53,800 nt of DNA, from contig JAKSOR010000004.1 of assembly GCA_024405515.1 (NCBI GenBank), positions 1 through 53,800 of the forward strand, given 5' to 3'. How positions within the stretch are numbered: the first letter of the stretch is position 1; every line of letters starts with the position of its first letter. The DNA is from Clostridia bacterium. Its GTDB lineage: Bacteria; Bacillota; Clostridia; Christensenellales; CAG-917. This document shows, piece after piece, positions 9,501 through 15,220 of this stretch. The notes below the pieces were generated by a model. That model did no database searches. It was given only the letters and a program-made list of their open reading frames with translations, and had not been told where the DNA came from. Position numbers and translations under genes: made by a program.

Positions 9501-10575
9501 CGAACATTTCTCTAGGAATATCAGTTAAAAGTAACGGGAGTGTTACAGAACGTAAGGACTCACATCTCTTGAATATTCCTGAACCCATCGTAACTATTGT
9601 CGACGGAATTACAACTTTTTCAATATAAACATTACCCCTGAAGGCACCTGTTGCTATATCAGTAACAGGAAGGTCTTTATAAGTTGCAGGGATTATTACC
9701 TCACTTTCAGAGCCTGAGTATGCTACAAGAGAATATTCCTCTTTTCCGTCTATCTTTTCGTATGTGAAAAGTTCAATCGGTTTAGGAATTACTGTTACAT
9801 AGCACTTTGCAAAAATACCGTTTGAAGCCTTGCTTCTAACAGTAACTATAATAGAACCTTTTGCTTTTGCTTCAAGAAGTCCGTTTTTATCTACGGATAA
9901 GAGTTCTCCTCTGTCTGTTTCCCATGTGACTTCTTTGTCAAAAGTATCATGAGGGAATACTTCAGCACTGAGCTGATATGTGTCTCCTATATACATCGTA
10001 AGCTCTGTGTCACTGAGTTCGATGTTGCTTGCAAATATGTTCTTTACCTTATCAAACTTGGCTGTATAAGTTACATCCTCTGTACATTTCTTTATTTCCG
10101 GCTCCCAACCGACGAAGACATAGGAGTATGTGTCGTCTCCTTCTCTTGTGGGAAGTTCACCCTTAAATGACGGAACTGTATCAATGACAACATCCTTGTC
10201 AGTTCTCAGGAGTGTTCCGTCGTAGTTGACCCATGTGATGATGAATGTATTGATATCACGTTTGCTCGGGTCTATTTTTTCAATAACACCGGTTTCGGAA
10301 TAACCACAGGTTTCACAGGTATGTTCTCTGAGACCTTCTTCCTCAACTGTTGCAGGTACGAGGATTTCCCATTCCCCGTAGTTATGCTCTTCGTAATTTT
10401 TTACTTCATCACAGTAAATACATGTCTGCCAGTGATATGTATCGTTGAAGGCATACACTTTTCTGTAACTGTGAGTATGAATAGATGCGTCCTCATTTTC
10501 GCCACAGGCAACCAGGCATGTGAATAATGCCATGATGACACATATTGCCAGTGCGATTCTAACGAATTTTTTCAT
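3541..10575 (-). CDS. Giant modular surface lipoprotein: Cys/His repeats, InlB B-repeat-like, Big_2, BspA-type LRR_5, four DUF6273-like modules
   Basis: Lipobox LVAC (Cys24); LRRs of type LxSVxLPxxLxxIGxxAF; repeated PTC...G...CxxCG...PLGH; four copies of Y[IV]x[FY]GxYP...FK[YF]Ex[LI]xW...[YF]xxSx[LVI][RK]x[WY][LI]. GGAGA RBS. Confidence 0.85.
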   Translation of the reverse strand: MKKFVRIALAICVIMALFTCLVACGENEDASIHTHSYRKVYAFNDTYHWQTCIYCDEVKNYEEHNYGEWEILVPATVEEEGLREHTCETCGYSETGVIEKIDPSKRDINTFIITWVNYDGTLLRTDKDVVIDTVPSFKGELPTREGDDTYSYVFVGWEPEIKKCTEDVTYTAKFDKVKNIFASNIELSDTELTMYIGDTYQLSAEVFPHDTFDKEVTWETDRGELLSVDKNGLLEAKAKGSIIVTVRSKASNGIFAKCYVTVIPKPIELFTYEKIDGKEEYSLVAYSGSESEVIIPATYKDLPVTDIATGAFRGNVYIEKVVIPSTIVTMGSGIFKRCESLRSVTLPLLLTDIPREMFAYCSALQRISIPATVETIGASAFEGTSVLSTVELPDGLKSIGEGAFKEGGISTLTIPSTVESIGKNAFCYASNLRLVALPENSNYTKIEESTFEYCRGLTRIEIPENVIEIDKLAFNHCYSLSYMTVTGGLEYIGEQAFYDCSVLESVELGNVALLVEEWAFARCPMLKSAKYDARLDNILIEPNNDSLSDCAYKVDEQPATCLESGYQHTYYFNGTNARTASYEPLGHSGGTPTCAKLAKCVRCGAEYGEIDSANHDFDDVVIDPTCLTGGYTIRTCKDCGHMEQAKPTLPLGHTLSATVKAPTCSEGGYTTYKCLNCDYEIVRDRQDPLGHVLDKKGVCSRCGLWSALRCNQFGGETETDEGYILFGEYPQTRVTDNVLLSTLNKNIPLLPTADNYYNWTPYSYNNFVSGTSVVSGEVHMWYFDYTLTIPAATEADYDKYEKYRAVYFDEYRALSPSNAESYQELNGYKTGTVYWFKYERLIWQILSEMNGEAHVLCTSIIDFQPFFDQFTLNGGNYYNVGDEIPEGTMANDYEYSYLRNWLLNDFYTTAFSQLQRERLKSEKISVDSVSGKKAFADKVTLLSKAQYEQYGIGSDYNNFKVASDYALCQQGFDGVDKYDNQWYLYNPENTGSEDNFATDGKKVLSSANFYGIVSNPIEYSSMGIVPECWVTLVTTHVCKFDQEVVNSKALKSVATCTSPAIYYKSCTCGKSSRYESDTFEYGLKSGHRIENGKCRDCGQTTAMRCNSDRTPNENGDYVLFGNYPRTRITDGTLLTNLKNIAGAVPVEVAALTYDRKGWTPYDFYVYSAAERGIHPEEFAWYKDFEYEGEKYRAVYFLHNRQKFLYATPTMSDMPTKEVVVFKFEPILWKIVRSSESTYTIWAIDHTDILQYSIDNAKSTTPDGKTEYYPTDWDFSYVREWLNEVFYNEAFSALELENVLQTNLRSETLGRGTVITKDYLYLPDKDELWNILKTCKTTALTSNTYAYLMSADKSYIPTRTYYPENTDRLINTDAAAGGTSSITLGREYPDYVSFAPHPEAVIHICTFNKQIQDERYLYCEQDCTHALTYYKTCECGAVSCDEKYTFTVGDPLGHNPDENGKCLKCGEWSYIRCDADGTPNKKGDYIQFGEYPLELVRNLSVETKLNSLDAVSHLPTKDNLNGWTLIENLKFSGDYNTGEGAYYDYAMKLPNETVRYRAIYYSSLPDGVDYTGGTVNGFALNKVYWFKYEPLLWKIHDLKDGRANLVCVSSIDSMTVPFISNNNLNYENSFLKDYLNGIFMGMALNNLQKEMVTEITPVKEAYVFDEGLTEYSTYSRIKGLKTNSDGASYYYVEPDGDMRLWTKDGAKNISNLHEPVYGLIPMVSVVLDKNHICDYSRENGLHIAEDRYLKSVATCTQLARYYVSCTCGSCSDTETFSYGDYAPHDPTKEIVKNSALKSPANCTSPAIYYKSCANCETVCSDHDDTFTYGDPVHNLGEYINESYVASSATCTEPKKYYLSCKCGKEHSTTETFSVGEPLGHNFEGELCSRCGFKTWVRVNEKGEQDKDGKYVMYGSYPTSRVTDSSLINNLNNLLIADFNKRFAAIEYVENTGQCCYTTDFFWDSDTQIDVAFSYTGTSTQLETIIGTSQVRFSASTEYPGGFPENSILSDGGWRDARPLYIFAMNNDDNMPSNFAKAKISKVVITNNGTTYTLLPYVDLVNGDICLCDLANKVTLYPYGEDSLVAGPYKTSDSGLIAKYNSRTAYHGNAYVINSSHGGDRVEPWRWHADFEYNGELYRALYLINKVPETTIYSLGYTHDMPSGYELHNVYWFKFEPVLWAIIGETDTDLTLMSCSVLDVHMYDMHYIYYYYDGLQLLLTDYYHSEIRKWINADMYNALFINSESSWILPPSSGMPDTIALPTRDQLQAYVNSFGVPGKGSAYAYASGFNDCDANAVSQTPGAADYADRAFNTYCICNDRASVNSFSARDNLSAVAPLIKVSKNYQ

Positions 10576-10606
10576 ATTTATTTCTCCAAATCAATTTACG
10601 CAGGTC

Positions 10607-10628
10607 AATTATCTCTATATAGATAATT
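10607..10628. promoter_or_regulatory. Inverted repeat in 5' leader of the giant lipoprotein gene (candidate operator)
   Basis: AATTATCT-CTATAT-AGATAATT just downstream of the predicted promoter. Confidence 0.4.
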
Positions 10629-10641
10629 ATAATTAAATTCA

Positions 10642-10670
10642 ATTTTAGGTTATAAAACGGCAAATGTCAA
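10642..10670 (-). promoter_or_regulatory. sigma-A promoter for the giant lipoprotein
   Basis: Minus strand TTGACA-17 bp-TAAAAT. Confidence 0.75.
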
Positions 10671-10724
10671 TAAAAACAGGCACGTTAATTTTTATTAAAA
10701 TTAAATCTTCACAGCTAAAACGCA

Positions 10725-10755
10725 CAAAAAAGAAAAGACCTCGGTCAAGGTCTTT
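10725..10755 (-). terminator. Terminator after DUF975 gene
   Basis: AAAGACCT-6 nt-AGGTCTTT stem followed on the minus strand by a T-rich tract. Confidence 0.75.
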
Positions 10756-10780
10756 CCGGTATTCTAAACGTGTGAATTGG

Positions 10781-11452
10781 CTATTCTGTCTTCTCAGACT
10801 CAGCTGCATCAATGGCGCTGTGATAAATTTTCGATCTGAGTTCCTCGTAGTACACTGACTCGGCTGTTTTTACATACGGAGCAATGTAAATGAGAGCAAT
10901 TCCGAAAGTTATGACAGCAAGGAAATACCAGCCTATAAATGAAAGAATAAATACAAAATAATCCATTTTCATGCAGTCCATCATGGAAGCTGCTTTTTTT
11001 CTTGCTTCATCCCATTTAATCCCCGGATTATCGGCAATAACATAGTCAAGCTGTGAATACTTACACTGCCATATGATTCCAGGGACAATCAAAAGACAGT
11101 ATCCGAGTGCAATCTGAAGATCTGTAACAAGTTTACAGATAAATATCTGTACAAATTCATCAAACTTTGAGAAAAGATATCCGATATCATCTTCTTTGTA
11201 CCTTACGACATTGAGCATATAAAGTGCAAGACCAACCGATAACGGCATCAGAAGTACCGCTGCGATAACCGAAAGAACTCCGCCTATTGCTCCGAGTATT
11301 GCACCTGTCTCCCCTTCTATGGTCCCGAGTCCGTCAAACATTGACGGAATTCCAAGAATAAGCGCGTAAATAATCAGCGCCAGAAGAACTTTCCATTTCA
11401 GAGAATCTTTAATTGTGGTTTTTGCTATGCTTTTTATTTTACTTCTGTCCAT
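10781..11452 (-). CDS. DUF975-family membrane protein
   Basis: Motifs RSKIKSIAK, LLIVPGII...YSQLDY...DNP, SFIGW...TFGIA...PY...YYEEL. ATG at 11452 has a GGAGG RBS (the ORF track's 11476 start is upstream of it). Confidence 0.85.
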   Translation of the reverse strand: MDRSKIKSIAKTTIKDSLKWKVLLALIIYALILGIPSMFDGLGTIEGETGAILGAIGGVLSVIAAVLLMPLSVGLALYMLNVVRYKEDDIGYLFSKFDEFVQIFICKLVTDLQIALGYCLLIVPGIIWQCKYSQLDYVIADNPGIKWDEARKKAASMMDCMKMDYFVFILSFIGWYFLAVITFGIALIYIAPYVKTAESVYYEELRSKIYHSAIDAAESEKTE

Positions 11453-11530
11453 AACGTCCTCCAAAGCTGCTATCAACTATTATATATGTAAAACCTTGTA
11501 AACGGAATAATTATTCAGTAAATTAATTAT

Positions 11531-11588
11531 TTCTGTCATTGTCTTGTCCTAGATCACATGATAACATATAAGCACAAAAGAAGAAGAG
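11531..11588 (+). promoter_or_regulatory. Conserved upstream element, copy 1 (diverged)
   Basis: CTGTCATTGTCTTGTCC...TGATAACAT..AAGCACAA resembles copies 2 and 3; TTGTCT-17 bp-TAACAT with a TG extension. Confidence 0.6.
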
Positions 11589-11714
11589 CTAACTATAAAT
11601 AAGTCAAGTGATTTGTGATAAAAATTTAGGTTAGCAAATAAAATATAAAGGGTAATACATTAACTTGGATTTTATAATCAAGTTAAATCAAAATGTATTA
11701 TACAAGGGTTAAAA

Positions 11715-13364
11715 ATGCCAAACGAAAACGAAGTCATAAACAATGAAAATCCTAATAAACTCAGTGTCATAGAAGAAGTTATGAACGACGGTGATGAAAA
11801 CATTTATGCTAATGAGGATTTAAGAAAGGAAGTTGCTCTGGCTTTAGCTGAACAGATGAACAATACAGCGGCAGAACAGAAGATTCCTGATTATGACCCT
11901 ATTACTGAGGAAGACATCGATAAATTAATTGCAGACGAGGAAAAGTTAAGTCTCCATCTCGAGTGCAAAAAACTTCAGGAAAGATCAGTAAAGCAGCATG
12001 AGATTCTGCATCAGTACACAAGCGCAAACGCAAAACTTCCGAAAGATCAGCAGTTCAAAATTCAAAACACAAACACGTTTCTCTACGCATTTATTGATCC
12101 AGCAGACACAAAAGAAGCAAAAGCCAAAAATGATGCATTATTTGAAAAAATCCGTAAACAGGGAGATTTTTTCATAGCTGACCAGGCTATGGAAATTGCA
12201 AGAAACTTTGAAACAAAGAACTACTTCCCTAAAGATAATAGGGATGCCATGAAAATATATGCCGAACATTCTGATGAACTGAACATTCTTTTTGCACTAA
12301 ACAGAAACATTTCAAATAATATCACACCTGGAATGAGTGAAGAATGGAAAAAGGTTTATTCAGATAATATAAAACTATATGAAGCAACGGCTAATGCCAA
12401 ACTGATTGTTGAAGCAATCGGCTCTACTACTTACCTGTTATTACCTGAAGAAAAGTGCAATACGTTAGTAAGTCTGATGGCCGCAAGAGACGTACAGAAA
12501 AACGTAATTGACGTTTATTCAAAAAAAGGTGTTGATTTCGGTCCTGATCCGACCAACAAAATATCAAACCTGAATGACTTGAAAAGAGTCAGAACCGAAT
12601 GTGAGAAAGCAAACAAAGTAATGGATCAGCTTCCTGAAAAAATGTCGTTTGTCACCGCAGAAGTTCTGGATGAAAAAACGAACGAATACAAGCACATTAA
12701 GAACTCTGATGCCATTACCGCACTTTCAGAAGGCAAACAGGTTAAATTCACTGAACTTGATAAAAATGTTGTCGACATGTACAAAGGTGCAGAGGCAAAA
12801 ACCATAAATGACAAAATCACGGCAAAGAATAAACTTATCGAAGTAGATAAATATAAGGAATATCTTCAGAGATTACAGGATACACACACAATATTCCATA
12901 ATACATTCCTCTCCACTGATTCAGATGCATTCAAAAACATGGAAAATGCGCTGACAGATTATATAGAAGCAGCTGAGTCTGCTATTGATAAAGCCAAAAA
13001 GATCAGTAAAAACAATCCTGCAAACAATATCTCAGCAGAAGATTTCAAACTGCTTGCTGACAAAATGGAAAAAATTGAAAGAACTTCCGAGGCATACTAT
13101 CAAAAGAACAAATCCGTCAGCAGAAACCCGCGAAAAGAAGAACGTTTCCAGATTGCTAAAGAAATATTTGAAAACACCGATGGTCAGCAGCTCAAATTAG
13201 ATATAATGGGTGAAACTCAGTCAAAGATTATCCACAGACGCCATATGTCAATAATGGAAGCCGCGGATATTAAACCTATTAACGGACAGGTAAGCAAAGC
13301 TGTTGTGGCACCGTCAAAAGATATTGGCAAAAATGGACCGAGCATGGGACCTGAAAAGAAATAA
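11715..13364 (+). CDS. Unknown-function protein, paralogue 1 of tandem array
   Basis: 549-aa charged, probably helical ORF with no signal peptide or TM segment; shares motifs with the next two ORFs. Confidence 0.85.
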   Translation: MPNENEVINNENPNKLSVIEEVMNDGDENIYANEDLRKEVALALAEQMNNTAAEQKIPDYDPITEEDIDKLIADEEKLSLHLECKKLQERSVKQHEILHQYTSANAKLPKDQQFKIQNTNTFLYAFIDPADTKEAKAKNDALFEKIRKQGDFFIADQAMEIARNFETKNYFPKDNRDAMKIYAEHSDELNILFALNRNISNNITPGMSEEWKKVYSDNIKLYEATANAKLIVEAIGSTTYLLLPEEKCNTLVSLMAARDVQKNVIDVYSKKGVDFGPDPTNKISNLNDLKRVRTECEKANKVMDQLPEKMSFVTAEVLDEKTNEYKHIKNSDAITALSEGKQVKFTELDKNVVDMYKGAEAKTINDKITAKNKLIEVDKYKEYLQRLQDTHTIFHNTFLSTDSDAFKNMENALTDYIEAAESAIDKAKKISKNNPANNISAEDFKLLADKMEKIERTSEAYYQKNKSVSRNPRKEERFQIAKEIFENTDGQQLKLDIMGETQSKIIHRRHMSIMEAADIKPINGQVSKAVVAPSKDIGKNGPSMGPEKK

Positions 13365-13394
13365 GAACGTTATCATAACAAAATCCAAGATTAT

Positions 13395-13432
13395 TAAGAA
13401 CTGTGGTTAGTTATACTCACGGTTCTTATTTT
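13395..13432 (+). terminator. Terminator after paralogue 1
   Basis: TAAGAACTGTG...CACGGTTCTTA stem followed by TTTT. Confidence 0.65.
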
Positions 13433-13497
13433 GTCATAGTCTTGTCTTTATCTTTTTGATAAAATGTAAGCATAATAGAAAAAGAGAGGTAAAAATA
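13429..13497 (+). promoter_or_regulatory. Conserved upstream element, copy 2 (extended -10 promoter plus RBS)
   Basis: TTTTGTCATAGTCTTGTCTTTATC...TGATAAAAT...GAGGT; 55 of 58 nt identical to copy 3. Confidence 0.8.
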
Positions 13498-15096
13498 ATG
13501 CCACCTGAAAAATATGATAATCCGGATATTTTAACAAATCCAGAATTAAGAAATGAACTTGCACATGTCTTTGCCGAAAATTTAAACGGCACTATGTCCC
13601 AGTTGCCTTTTGAACAGACAGGATTTACGCCAATTACCGAACAGGAAATCAATGATATGCTTGCCGATCAGAGCATGATTGATACTCACCTTCAGGCAAA
13701 AGAACTTACGGAAAGGACAAAAAAGCAGCATGAAATCCTTGATAAGTATGATGATATAAACATGCTGAAACTTCCGGAAGACAAATGGTATTACACGAAT
13801 GTAAAGACAATTATGTTTACTTTCCTGGACCCATCTGGCACACCGGAAGCAAAGGAGAAAAATGACAAGCTTTTTGAAAGAATTAAAAACGAAGGCGATG
13901 GGTTCCTGGTAAAAAAAGCATTGGATATATGTACAAATTTTGACTATAACCTGCTTTTTGAAACAGACCCTGTAAAGAAAATGCAGATATATAAAGAGCA
14001 TCAGGATGAACTCAATGTAATGTTTGCAATTAACCGAAACATAGGTCCGCTCATCAATGACCTTCCTGAAGAAGCCCAGAATGTCTATAAGAACAATCTG
14101 AAAATAATCGAATCAGCTTCTAACATAAATCAGTTCGTAGAATCAGCAGCATCGCCTGTTTACCTGCTTATTCCTCAGAATAAACTTAAATCAGCAATTG
14201 CTGCAGCAACCGTAGTGCCTGTTATAAATCCGACTATCCAGGAATATGCTAAAGCCGGCGTAAATCTCGGAAATTACTCAAACAAACTGATGCTGTTGTC
14301 TAACGTTGCCAACTCCGATGAAGAATGCAAAAAGATTAAAGAAGCAATGAAATCCCTTCCGGACAAAGATATTCTTAAAGTCAAAGCAAAAGTTAAAGCC
14401 GCAGATTCAGATGAATATAAGGAACTCACTAATGCTGAAGCACTTATTGCGATAACAGAAGGCAAAGATGTTCAGTTCACTGTAGATGAAACCGGAGCCA
14501 AGAAAATAAGAGAGGCCGAGTTTAAGCCTTTGACACCGGAGAAAAAATTTGCTCTGGCAAAATTAGATGTAAAAGAAGAGACATACCATGTCGCAGAAAC
14601 AGCAAGATTCAGCGCATTACTTGAAAAACTTAAAGGAACACACACAATTGTTTCCTGGACACGTTTTTCAACAGATTCGGAGGCGTTTGAAAATCTTGAG
14701 GAATCACTTGAGACATTTGTGGACCTAACATCAAAAATCAAGTCAAGGACTTTAGATGATATGGATAATGTAAAAGTGTATCTTGATGCATACAAAGATC
14801 TTGAAGAAAAAGCGGGAAAGTATTATCACGAAAAACTCAGTCAGAGCAAGAACAGCAGAAGACAGCAGAGATTTGATATCGCAAAGGAAATATTTGAAGC
14901 TATGGACTCAAGGAGTATGGAAGGCCTTCTGAATCCTACAAAAGCTGAACTTGCACACAAACAGCATATCGAGGTTATGGAAGCAAGCGATGTGACAAAC
15001 AACAAAGCAAAAGACACGAGCAAAGCTGTAGAAAAATTAAACAAGGGATTTGATATACCTGCCCCTGCCCAACAGCCGAATGCCCCGAAAAAATAA
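13498..15096 (+). CDS. Unknown-function protein, paralogue 2 of tandem array
   Basis: 532 aa from ATG 13498 (GAGGT RBS; MPP start as in paralogue 3); shared motifs DPSGTPEAK, HQDELN, THTI...STDS. Confidence 0.85.
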   Translation: MPPEKYDNPDILTNPELRNELAHVFAENLNGTMSQLPFEQTGFTPITEQEINDMLADQSMIDTHLQAKELTERTKKQHEILDKYDDINMLKLPEDKWYYTNVKTIMFTFLDPSGTPEAKEKNDKLFERIKNEGDGFLVKKALDICTNFDYNLLFETDPVKKMQIYKEHQDELNVMFAINRNIGPLINDLPEEAQNVYKNNLKIIESASNINQFVESAASPVYLLIPQNKLKSAIAAATVVPVINPTIQEYAKAGVNLGNYSNKLMLLSNVANSDEECKKIKEAMKSLPDKDILKVKAKVKAADSDEYKELTNAEALIAITEGKDVQFTVDETGAKKIREAEFKPLTPEKKFALAKLDVKEETYHVAETARFSALLEKLKGTHTIVSWTRFSTDSEAFENLEESLETFVDLTSKIKSRTLDDMDNVKVYLDAYKDLEEKAGKYYHEKLSQSKNSRRQQRFDIAKEIFEAMDSRSMEGLLNPTKAELAHKQHIEVMEASDVTNNKAKDTSKAVEKLNKGFDIPAPAQQPNAPKK

Positions 15097-15118
15097 TCAG
15101 AAAAATCCAAGAAACAGT

Positions 15119-15157
15119 GGTGTTAAGAATTTAAATTCTTAGCACCTTTCTTTTTTT
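15119..15157 (+). terminator. Terminator after paralogue 2
   Basis: GGTGTTAAGAATTT/AAATTCTTAGCACC hairpin followed by TTTCTTTTTTT. Confidence 0.75.
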
Positions 15158-15220
15158 GTCATAGTCTTGTCTTTATCCTTGTGATAAAATGTAGGCATAA
15201 TAGAAAAAGAGGTAGAAATA
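15154..15220 (+). promoter_or_regulatory. Conserved upstream element, copy 3 (extended -10 promoter plus RBS)
   Basis: Near-identical to 13429-13486; TG-A-TAAAAT at 15182-15190; GAGGT RBS. Confidence 0.8.

Noticed and set aside
3541-10575. Multiheme cytochrome interpretation of the Cys-rich giant protein
   Set aside because: Motifs are CxxCG, CxxCD or CxCG rather than CxxCH.
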